A stretch of DNA of 64,000 nucleotides, from assembly GCF_009914755.1 (NCBI RefSeq), contig NC_060934.1. One strand, given 5' to 3'. This document shows positions 1 to 10,982 of this stretch, piece by piece. Each line of letters opens with the position of its first letter. The stretch's first letter is position 1. The DNA is from the human T2T-CHM13v2.0 reference genome, Homo sapiens. The notes under the pieces were generated by a model. It ran no database searches. It had not been told where the DNA came from and saw nothing but the letters and a program-made list of their open reading frames with translations. Made by a program: the position numbers and the translations under genes.

Positions 1-953
1 ATCTAAAATTGTCAAGGGCAGCAGAGGTCCTCAGCTATTATTCTCTTTCCAAAGAATATGTACAACTTACGTGATGCAATGTGGAATTGAAAATTAGGTT
101 GTGTTCTTATTTCATAAAGAGTGATGAAATCTCACTAGGTGTTGAATATACTTTCCAGAATAATGTAGAAATGTCCATTCTTATAAAAAGAGAAAGTTAC
201 AATTATTTCTGAAGCACAACAAAACATTTTCCTTTATGTTAAACATATGGAACTTTTGTTATGGTAAACATATAAACTTTTATTTTCTTTCGTATCTCTA
301 TTTTAGTGAGATACTTAAAAGTATACTTATTGTACTAAAAATATAGTTTAATGATTCAATTTCTAAGTTACATTTTTATTTCAATAATGCAAATCTCTTT
401 TCAGGAAATTCTGAATATGTTGCAGGACATTTGAATTCTCACTTAAATAACTGATATTTTAATTATTATGAATCCTATTTCCAAAGGATGGGTGTTTCTT
501 TCGTTGACATTTTTATATTTTGTTCTTAAAATATCAAATAAGTAAAATTATATAAATAAAATTGATAAGATAAATTTTTATAAACTATATACCCAAGGGA
601 TATTTACTTTATGGTTCAATGTGAATTGTATTTCTAAATATGACTGACTATTCAACATTTAAAATTGCACTAAATTATTAAAATGGGGATGATCTTATTT
701 TAGAGAAAGAAGAATGAGTACATTTGTAATTATTATTGGAGAAATAAATTAATAGAGAGATAAATTGAATGGTTTTATATGTTTTCTAATCCAAGATAAT
801 ACATACTGATTCTTTTAACAAAAATATTTATTAAACATAAAATGATAACAGACAACGCAAAATAGATACTGTAGTTTGGGGAAGGAAAGGCTTACAATAA
901 CCAAAAATACATGAGAATGTAGCCTGGAATGGACCCATTGGCTTCCTTCTTAG

Positions 954-1028
954 GTACTCACAGGCAGACACCATCTTGCCGCATTTACAAGACTTGCCAG
1001 AAATCAAGGTTCTCTGCATTCCTTAAAG
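954..1028 (+). other. Candidate internal exon (75 nt), host transcript unknown
   Basis: Acceptor ggcttccttcttag| at 953 and donor aag|gtgggt at 1029; length is a multiple of 3; phase-1 frame is open (THRQTPSCRIYKTCQKSRFSAFLK); locally less AT-rich than flanks. No protein recognised. Confidence 0.25.
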
Positions 1029-1142
1029 GTGGGTTCCTAGTAACTGAGCTTCTGAAGCTGATGAAAAACATCAGAATGACAATTTGTTAATTTATAACTT
1101 AGAGTCTCTCTGCAATAGAGATCATGTATTGTCTCCCTGTAG

Positions 1143-1190
1143 GCAAATTAGCACAGAAAATCAAATTTTATTCAGAATGTTATTTGATGG
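1143..1190 (+). other. Candidate internal exon (48 nt), frame-compatible with 954-1028
   Basis: Acceptor tattgtctccctgtag| at 1142 and donor tgg|gtatgc at 1191; phase-1 frame is open (GKLAQKIKFYSECYLM); 114-nt intron from the previous candidate. Confidence 0.22.
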
Positions 1191-2242
1191 GTATGCGATT
1201 GAAACAGAATATTGTTGTTTGATTCAAACATTTAATGCTATTAGACATGTATTCCAAAATAAACCACCTGCCAAATGTCCTAAATTATGAATTGCTTGGC
1301 AAGAACTTGCTCTCATATGTAGAATATTCAGATTTTCTGTGCAAATTATCATTTTCGTGATTGTCTTTTTACCTGTTTTGTTGGATGAAATAAAGACTTT
1401 CTGAATGACACTTTATTTTTGAAAGGAGTTTAATATTTTCACATTATAGTCTATAGTGTGTTAGGTATATCTGTGTTTGAATATCTAGGGGAGAATTTAT
1501 TTCCAATTTGCAAGAAAAAAATGTCAATGTGGTACCCATATTCTAGCGATAATATAAAACGCAAGAAATTCACATGGACAGTGGACAGGAGAATGAGAAA
1601 ACAAATATAAAGTAAACAAATTTTGATTCAAGAATTCCATAATACTTGTGAATATATATTTGTTAAATTTTTAAAAAACTATATTTTCCACATGAATTAC
1701 AATTTTTAAATATTATTTAGAAAATAAGAGAAACACTACAAAATAGAATAGGAAACATTTTAAATTTAAATATCAACATCACTGCTGCTATTATTCTTAA
1801 CCTTCCCTAGCTTTCCTCCTTACCTATCTTTCTTCTAAATCCATGCCTCCAAACAGTATGTTGGGTCAATTTCCCTCTCTATCTCTCTTTAGAATTTTTG
1901 TCTATATTCTTTTCTTTCAAAACCACAAGGCCCATCTCTCCCATCACTTCATCATCCCATCACTCATTTCTAAAAATAAGTGTTTTGTTCAAATATATTA
2001 ATGGCTATTTTGCTTTTTGTAATAACACTCCCTCCCTTTTTATAAATTCATTATAAAAACTAACTTTTTCTCCCCTTGAATGAATAAAAGAATATATCAT
2101 AAAACTTTATGTCTTAAATTAACAAATTCAGCGAACAATGGAAATGAAGCAGCTTCCAGACTAAACTCAAGCAAATGTTTCTACGTGGACTTTTTTTCTA
2201 ACACGAACAGCTATTTTGTTAGACTGTAACTCAGGAGTCTCA

Positions 2243-2564
2243 CTCTTCCCTTCCCTCCTTGCTTCCTTCTTTCCTTTCTTCCTTCCTTCCCCTTCCTCTT
2301 TTTTCTTTCTTTTTATTTTCTTTCTCTTTCTCATTTCTTTCTTTCTTTTTCTTATTTCTTTTTCTTTCTTTTCCTTCTTTCTTTCTCTTTCTTCATTCTT
2401 TCTTTTTCTTCTTTCTCTTTCTTTCTCTTTCTTTTTCTTTCTTTCTATTTCTCTCTCTCTCTCTCCCTCCCTCCCTTCCTTCCTCCCTCTCTTCCTTCCT
2501 TTCTTCCTCCTTTCCCGCCTTCTTTTCTTCCTTTATTCTTTCCTACCTTCCTTCACTTCTTTCT
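2243..2564 (+). repeat. Compound polypyrimidine microsatellite (TTCC/TTTC/TC)
   Basis: About 320 bp of almost pure C/T. Explains the F/S/L-rich ORFs 2216..2614 and 2259..2603. Confidence 0.95.
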
Positions 2565-2899
2565 ACAATGGACCACCAAAAATATGTAAAAATCACTGGA
2601 TGATTTTCTCATAGGAGTTTGTGGCTGTGTTAATGTTATTCATAGTGTAATTTTTCTGTCTTTTTTTCAAATTATGTAATTTTGAATAAATAATTGGCTT
2701 ATTTCTAAGTTTATTGAATCTTTTCGCCCTTATTTACATGTAAAGCTAAGCAAAATCTGTGTGTGTTTTTTGTTTGTTTATTCTGATTTTTTAATCTTAG
2801 GAGACCTGTTATCAAAAACATTGCGTTTCAGTTAGGTCTAGCTATTATAGTTTCTTCTGTTTTATTTCTCCGGTTATGTTTCTTACCTGTTCATTAGTT

Positions 2900-3960
2900 A
2901 TAACATATTTTAAGTTTTTAAACACATTTAGAATAGCTGCTTTAAAGTCTTCGCCTGTTCATTTTAATATATGAGTCAGCCCTTTGTCGGTTTATTTTGA
3001 CCACATTTTCTCCTAATTACTAGTACCATTTTCCTACTTCTTTACATGCCCTGCTTTATTTGATTATACACTAGACATTTTTAATACTGTGTACTTGCAT
3101 GTCTAGATTTTTTTTATATGGTGCTAACTTTTTTGTTCTGACAGGTAGTTAATTCACTAGATTCATTTGATATTTGTTTTTATAATTTATTAGGACCTAT
3201 TTATATAACCCCTTATTTTAGTGGTAGAATTCTCCTATTTCTTTTGCTTTTCTTTCTTTCTTTATTTTCTTGAGATGGAGTCTCACTCTGTCACCCAGGC
3301 TGGAGTGCAGTGACATGATCTCGGCCCACTGCAACTTCTGTCTCCTGGGTTCAAGTGATTCTCTTGTCTCAGCCTTCTGAGTAGCTGAGATTACAGGCAA
3401 CTGCCACCACCCCCGGCTAATCTTCGTATTTTTTGTAGAGACGGGGTTTCACCATGTTGGCCAGGCTGGTCTCAAACTCCTGACCTCAAGTGATCTGCCC
3501 ACCTCAGCCTCCCAAAGTGCTGGGATTACAGGTATGAGACACTGTGCCTATTCTTCTATTTCTAAGACCTATCTGTGTAGGCCATTAACTGAGTACCTGG
3601 GATATTCTCTTTCTTTTACATATTTAGATGTCCCATGTCTCTCATCACTGTCAAACCTCTAGAATTTTCATTTATCTCATGACATCTAGAAGCTGTTGCC
3701 TGCTAAGCCCTCGTGCATCTTGTTCTGCACAAGTACAATTTAGTAACTGGCCAAAGACTAAAATAATCTCATGCAATTTCTGAAACTCCTTATCCATGTA
3801 TCTCTCTTCTCTCTGGTAGTCTGTTCCACAAACTCCACTCACTTCAACAGCCCTGATGCTGATCTCTGTTAACTCCACTTTCGTGTTATTACTACACACT
3901 ACTTGTGCTTTACTTTCTCCATTGAGATCTTGACAGTGTCTCTAGGTGAAAACCCAGGAA
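2900..3960 (-). mobile_element. Ancient L1M (L1MC/L1ME-type) 5'-region fragment interrupted by an Alu
   Basis: Segments such as cattttcctacttctttacatg...ttgattatacactagacattt resemble old L1M 5' consensus on the minus strand. Boundaries approximate. Confidence 0.4.
3243..3549 (-). mobile_element. AluS (Sx/Sz-like)
   Basis: Full reverse-complement Alu dimer with degenerate T tail; TSD attctcctatttct (3229-3242) / attcttctatttct (3550-3563). Confidence 0.95.
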
Positions 3961-4030
3961 AAATGCAGAGTTCATTTCATCATTTTCCCATATATCTACT
4001 CTTACAATCCTCAGCTATCTGTTGAACATT

Positions 4031-4662
4031 TGTATTAGTCTTCTGTTGCTAACAACTGGCCATAATCTTAACTGCTGAAACCAATGCTCATTTATTATTT
4101 CATTGTTCTAGAAGTCAGAATTCTATTGGGTTCTTCTGGGTTCTATGCTTAGCAGCTCATTAGGCTAAAACAAAGGTGTCAGCTGCCTTAGGCTCTTTGT
4201 TGGGAGCCTCTGGGTTAGAATCTCCTTCCAGACTCATTCACCTTATTGGCAGAGTTCAGTTCCATGTACTTTTAGAGCTAAGGTCTCCATTTCATTGCTG
4301 TCTCTTAGTCAGGGGCCATTCTCAGTTCTAGATATTGTCATAATCTTTAGCTTGCAGCCCTCTTTCACCACATCCAAAGTCAGTAAGGCAAGTTGAGTTC
4401 TTCTCATGCTTCAAACTCTTCGACTTCCTGCTCTCCCTTGTCTATCCTGTTGTGTATCTTTGACTACAAATAAATATAATATTTTTTCTTTTAAGTTTTC
4501 TTGTGGTTAAATTCAGACCACTCAAACAATACGGAATATTCTCCTCCTAAGGTCTATAACTATAATTATATCTGCAAATTTTCCATTGACATATAAGGAA
4601 ACATATTCACAGGTTCCAGGTATTATGGTGTGGATATCTGTGGGAATCATTCTGCCTACCAT
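4031..4662 (-). mobile_element. MaLR solo LTR, MLT1E-like
   Basis: Termini tgtattagt... and ...attctgcctacca, plus internal motifs caaggtgtcagc, gaatctccttccagactcattc and acatattcacaggttccagg typical of MLT1D/E. Confidence 0.75.
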
Positions 4663-5707
4663 GTTTTTATTACGTTTTCATGGTGAAGCAACTACTCTGG
4701 TACCATCAGTGTTTAAAGAAAAATTTTCTACTTTATAAGACAAGTTACTCTAGATGGTTTCTAAAAAAATTTTTCTGATGTTGGCATCTGTATATATGTA
4801 AATATATTCGAATATATATAAGAATGTGTCTAAATTATTATATGTATCATAATACTTTTATCATTATATACATATAATACTTTAAAGAAAGTATAGTATT
4901 CCTGGAGAAATTTTGCTTCCTCCATATTACAAGAACATATATACATACCCTGAACAGTAAATATCAAGGCATGTTTCAGAGCAAACAAATTATTTTATTT
5001 CTGGTTTGTCTACAATAAACAAGTAATGCGGTAGTACAAGAACATACATAGGCAATATTTCTGCTCAGGAAATATATATATATAAACACACACACAAACA
5101 CAATTAATTAAGAGACTAGAAAAATACATAAAACAATGTAACCCATTATACTCTGCTAGAAAAATTTTGATGCTACAACAATTACATAAAAGAAAACTAC
5201 AACTACAACTACATAAAAGAAAACATATTTGCTTACAAATTAAGAAGCAAAAGTTGTTTTTAAATATTGATACTCTAAAAGATTAATACATTCTGAACAA
5301 GTAGTGCTTACCTCAAGGTTATAATTAGTCTACATTTAGAAATTTATTGTTATAAACTACTAAATTAAAATAATAATAGAAGAAAAAATAATTACAATAC
5401 CTGTCTGTCAAAAACTATGCACTAACATTTAACAGCCATTAATTATATCTTTCCAAAGTAGAAATATATGTAGTTTTATTTAATTTGATATATAACCTGT
5501 CAGAAACCTCCAAAAGGCATTGAACATAAGATAAAAGCCAAAGAGGCATTTTTGCTAAAATAAGAAACAAGACAAGAATTTTCAACATCACTACTATTTC
5601 TTGACATTATACAAAATAACTAAAATTTATAAACAAAATTATGTGTCACTTTTTTGTTACAAATTTACTTACACAGAGGTTCCAAAAATTTAAAACATAA
5701 ATTATTA

Positions 5708-6041
5708 CAGTCATTGTTCAGTATCCATGGGGAATTGGTTCCAAGACCTCTCGGTGATACCAAAGTCTTTGGATTCCCAAGTCCCTTTCATAAAATTCCA
5801 TAGAATTTGCATATAACCTATGCACCTCCTTCCTCACATTTTAAATCAACTTTAGATTACTTATAATAGCTAATACAATGTAAATGCTAGGTAAATAGTT
5901 GTTATATTGTTCAGGGAATAATGAAAAGGGAAAAAAGTCTGTACATTTTCAGTAGAGACAAACTTTTATTTTGTGAATGTTTTTGATCTGTGGTTGGTTG
6001 AAACCATGGATGCAGAACCTATGGAAATGGAGGGCCAACTG
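5708..6041. mobile_element. MER2 (TcMar-Tigger) non-autonomous DNA transposon
   Basis: TA followed by cagtc...cagtatccatggggaattggttccaagacc; ends gatgcagaacctatggaaatggagggccaactg. Terminal inverted repeats are degenerate. Confidence 0.85.
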
Positions 6042-6704
6042 TCCATCTAATAATGCACTCCAGGAAAATGGCAAATAAAAGAACAAATTACAAAAGCAAT
6101 AGCTTTCTTATATTGCAGAAATAAAAATTAAAAACTTAAGAATATAAAACATTCAATCACAATTAGCAAGAAATAAAGTACATTATTTGAAAAAATACTA
6201 ATAAAAATTTCAAGGGATTCATGGTTTTTATTTTTGTAATGCTTATTTTTATAATGCTACAGAAAGTGTATTGGACCAGTTCTGCTTCTGATCAGTACAT
6301 AAAAAACAAGATTAGATTGTTGCAGGCACCATAACAATAAGAAAAGAGGTGAATAGCCCACAAAATAAAAGCTTTTCATAAATCCCATAAAAGAAATGAA
6401 GTCTCATGGTCACTAGATGGAAACACCATAGAGTAGATGAAAAAAATGAATTTTGAAAGATTAAGTGTTCGCTACTATAAGCGTTTATAATACTTGAAAG
6501 CTCAAGGTTTAAGAGTTCTTGGCTTGACACTGATGGACCAACTCTTTTCACAGATCCCCTCCTTGTGTTCACAAGAAAGACTTGAGTTGGACCCAAAGAC
6601 CTGAAAGAATTCCACTCTCTGGTGCACAGCAACATGACTACGTACTCTCTCTCAGACAATACTCTTCTATAAAATATGTGAGCCATAAAATAACTCCCTG
6701 CAAT

Positions 6705-9570
6705 TTTAATAAGATTGAAATCACAAAGTGCATTTTCTCTGACTGCAATGTGATTTAAGCTAGAATTCAATAACAGAAAGATATGTGGGACGTCACAAAA
6801 TATTTGGAAATTTAACAAAGCATATCAAAATAATTCATAGGTCAAAAACAAAAAAAGTATTTTGAAAAAATATTCCATGCAAATGAAAACCAATAGTGAA
6901 CAGGAGTAGGTATTCTTATATTAGATAAGACTTTAAAGGAACCAAAGTATTATAAATAAGACAAAGAAAGTAATTATAATAAAAGGGTTAATTCAACAAG
7001 AAGCCATAACAATCTTAAATATATATGCACCTAACTCTAGAGCACCCAGATTCATAAAACAACTACTACTAGACCTAACAAAAGAGATAAACAGCAACAC
7101 AATAATAGTGGGAGATTTCAAAACTTCACTGATAGCACTAGACAGGACATCAAGGTAGAAAGTCAATAAACACTGTACTTATACGGCACTCTAGAACAAA
7201 TGGACCTAACAGATATTACAAAACATTCTACCCAAGAATTGCAGAATACACATTCTTCTCATTGGCACATTTTCCAAGATAGATTATATGATAGACTACT
7301 AACCAAGCCTCAATAAATTTTAACAAATAGAAATCATAGCAAGTATTTTCTCAAACCACTGCAAAATAAAACTAGAAATCAATTCCAAAAGAAGACCTCA
7401 AAACTATACATACTAAACAATCTGCTCAGAATGATTTTTGGATTAACAATGAAAGATGGAAATTTAAAAATTTTTCAAATGAATGATCACAGTAACACAA
7501 ATTATCACAACTGCTGGGAATATGGCAAAAGCAGTGCTAAGAGGAAAATTCACAGTGTTGAACAACTACATCAAAAAGACAGAAAGATGACAAATTGGCA
7601 ACCTATTGTCACACCTCTGGGAACTAGAGAAACAAAAACAAAGTAAACCCAACCCTGGCCAAAAATTAAAAAAAAAAGCGAAGGTCAGAGCAGAACTAAA
7701 CTTAATTAAAACAAGAAATTAATTAATACAAGAGACCAGTGAAACAAAATTGTTCATTTCAAAAAATGAAATTGATAGACCATTAGTTAGATTCATCAAA
7801 ACAGAAGACAGAAGATTCAAATAAGCTCAATTAGAAATGAAAATGGAGACATTACAACTGATACCACAGAAATATAAAAGATCATTTGAGACTACTATGA
7901 ATATCTCTATGTATACAAACTAGAAAATCTACAGTAAATGAATATACCTCTGGATACATACAACCACCCTACCTTGAATCAGGAAGAAACAAAAGTGCTG
8001 AACAGACCAATAACAAGCAGTAATTAAAAATATGCCGAAACAAAAGCCCAAGGCTGGATGGATGCACAGCTGAATTCTACCAGATATTCAAAGAATTGGT
8101 ACCAATAATACTGAAAGTATTCCAAAAGATTGAGAAGGAGGGAATCTTCCTAACTCATTCTATAAAGCCATTATTACCCTGATACCAAGCCAGGAGGGAC
8201 ATACGGAAAAATAAAACTACAGACCAATATCCCTGATGATCATAGGTGCAAAAATTTCTTAACAAAATAATCCCATGAAAATGTGGGCAAATGACACGAA
8301 CAGACTTTTCATAAAAGTAGATATACAAATGGCCAATAAACATTGAAAAATGCTCAACATCACTAATCATCAGGGAAATGCAAATTAAAACCACAACCAG
8401 AAAGGCCATTATTTAAAAGTAAAATAATAGTAATAATAGCCCAGACACTGCTCAAGATAAAAAATAAATAAATAAATAAATGTTGGCATAAATGTGGTGA
8501 AAAGGGAACACTTATACAATTCTGATGGGGATATAAATCAGTACAACCTCTGTGAAAAACAATACGGAGATTTCTCAAAGAACGAAAAGTAGGTTTATCT
8601 TTCGATTCAACAATCTGACTGGTGGGTATCTATCCAAACGAAAATGAGTCATTATATCAAAAAGACACCTGCACACATATGTTTATCACAGAACAATTCA
8701 CAATTGCAGATATGGAATCAACCTAAGTGCCCACTGATGGATGACTGGATAAAGAAAATGAACTACTTACTATTGGACTACTTATTCAGCCTTCAAAAAG
8801 AATGAAGTAATGTCTTTTGCAAAAACTTGGATAGAACTTGAGGTGATTATCTTAAGGGAAGTAACTCAGAAATGGAAAACCAAATGTTACATATTCTCAC
8901 TTATAAGTGGAAGCTAAGCTATGGTTACACAAAGGCATACAGAGTGGTATAATGGACATTGGAGACTCAGAAGTGGGGGAGGTGGGAGGAGGATAAGGGA
9001 TAAAAAGCTACTATTGGGTACAATGTACAGAATTCAGTGATTGAGTACACTAAAATCCTGGATTTCACTACTATACAATTATCCTTATAAGCAAAAACCA
9101 CTTGCACCCCCAAAGCTATTTAAATATAAAAATTTAGAAAAGAAAATATTTAGAATTGAATAAAAATAAAAACACAAGTTATAAAAAATTGCAAGATGCA
9201 GCCAAAGCAAAGTTCAGAGAGAAAGTGTTAGCAATAAATGCTTATGGTAGAAGAGACAAAAAGTCTGAAACAATTACCTTAAGAAGTTAAGGAAAAAGCA
9301 AATTAAGAAAGATAGATAAATTTTAAAAAGAGCTTCAACCAGTCAATAGAAAACAAAATCAATGAGAGGAATTAAAATAAAGGATTCAAATAATTAAAAT
9401 CGGAAGTAAAAAAGGAACTTTTCTATAGATACTAAAGATACGGAATTAATAAGGTAATATTATGAACAAGTGTATGCCATCAAATTTGATAATTTATAAA
9501 AAAAATGAAAAATACGTTAGAAGACATTTACTCAAGAAGAAGTAGATAGCTCGTAAAGCCCTATATCGAT
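6705..9570 (+). mobile_element. Old L1M ORF2 fragment, host of the L1PB4 insertion (pieces ~6705-6866 and ~9140-9570)
   Basis: ORF2 endonuclease C-terminal sequence (aagctagaattcaataacagaaag...tttggaaatttaacaa) resumes after 9140 (gaataaaaataaaaacaca...gatgcagccaaagc). Confidence 0.6.
6867..9139 (+). mobile_element. L1PB3/4-like LINE-1, 5'-truncated, with a large internal deletion of the RT region
   Basis: Starts in the endonuclease region (atattccatgcaaatg); 3'UTR ggcatacagagtggtataatggacattggagactcag...aaaaaccacttgcacccccaaagctatt; degenerate TSD 6851-6866 / 9140-9155. Confidence 0.85.
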
Positions 9571-9589
9571 TTTAATGTTTTTGTATTTA

Positions 9590-9698
9590 TAAGGGATCTG
9601 CCCCCATGACCCAAGCACCTCCCATTAGGCCTGACCTTCAACATGAAGAATCAAATTTCAACATGAAGTTTAGGAGGGCAAACATCTAAACTACAGCA
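9590..9698 (-). mobile_element. MaLR LTR fragment (MST-like)
   Basis: gatctgcccccatgacccaagcacctcccattaggcc...tttcaacatga...aaacatctaaactacagca matches the MST/THE1-type LTR terminus. Confidence 0.7.
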
Positions 9699-10920
9699 AT
9701 TCAAATACTAATAAGTGAGTTTATCAAGGTTATGGTATACAAGGTGAAAACATGCACATTGTTGTATTTCTATATATAATCTGCTCCCCAAATTCCTACA
9801 AAAGTAACTCTAACTGGGTATGATCTTTTGGATTCTGATTCACACCACACCGTTTGATATTTCAGGCTTTTAAAAATATGCAAACATGAAAATAATGAAT
9901 ATAATAAATTAATAAATTCAAGTAGCATTAATTTACTATACATAAAAATTATATATAAAAATCATCCCGGTATTTAAGTTGTTTTCATTGGGAGGGTTGG
10001 CTCAGATTATCTTGTTCACCATTCCTGGAAGCAGAAGTCCAGATATCCAAATGTTTCACCCATTAGACTGGCAAAAATTGTGATGTTGTGAAATTTAGAA
10101 CTAATCTAAATGTCCATTAATGGAAGAATGGCTAAATATATAAAATATGTTTTTAGGTATTAAATTAGAAATAACTTTAAAAACAGTTATTTTTTAAGTC
10201 AAATTTTAAAATACTTATAATACTGTATATTAAAAATACGTATTTTCTTTGACTACATATTTTTGTCTTCCGGTATCTCAGCAATTTTTCCAATAATATG
10301 CTTTTTCACTTTATTTTTGAAAATTCTTATTTTTGACTAAAGTCCAATACTATTTATTTTATCCTATTTAGCACAACTTTGTATTAAAACGTGTTCTTAA
10401 CATTCTGTATAGTTTTAAAATTATAATTATTAATCAAAATAAAATTTACTTAAAACTCAAGGTAGTTTATTTGATATTATGCACTAGTTTTAGTGGCTGT
10501 CATTATTATTTATAAGATGTGAGAGTGATATTCTATTACTCTATGATTACAGCATGGATGTACGTTTTTTAAAAAGATTTGTAAAGGAAGACTCTTATAA
10601 GTAAATAAAATAAGTCCCCTAGATTATACATCATTATTCAATAAGAGCTGAAGAAATTGACATTTGGTTCATATTAAACAATATAAAAAGTAGAATCTCT
10701 ATAAATATCTCATTGTTATATCGACACATTAAAAACATTAGAGCAACTATTTGGGTAAATGGTTTTATAATATCATAGCTTTGGAGTTCCTCCAGTAAAT
10801 TAAATGTTTACTCAAAACAAAGTTAAGTCATGCCTCAAATGGGTAATCAAAATACGTCGAAAGTGTGAAATATTTTTGTTTCTTAAGAAATGAATTTGAA
10901 CTAGCTTCATTACTTGCATT

Positions 10921-10982
10921 GTATATAAAATGTGGATACTTTTTTAAAAAAGTATATAAAATGTGGATACTTTTTTTAAAAA
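10921..10982. repeat. 31-bp tandem duplication with a 20-bp palindrome at the junction
   Basis: gtatataaaatgtggatactttttt(t)aaaaa(a) twice; atacttttttaaaaaagtat at 10936-10955 is a perfect palindrome. Confidence 0.9.

Noticed and set aside
405-470. Strong-looking acceptor ctcttttcag| followed by EILNMLQDI* or GNSEYVAGHLNSHLNN*
   Set aside because: Frames stop quickly, there is no clear donor, and no protein is recognised; cannot be distinguished from chance.
2216-2614. Hydrophobic F/L/S-rich ORFs resembling membrane proteins
   Set aside because: They are translations of a pyrimidine microsatellite, which contains almost no stop codons.
6312-6818. 168-aa minus-strand ORF
   Set aside because: Non-ATG start, overlaps antisense L1 relics, no recognisable domain.
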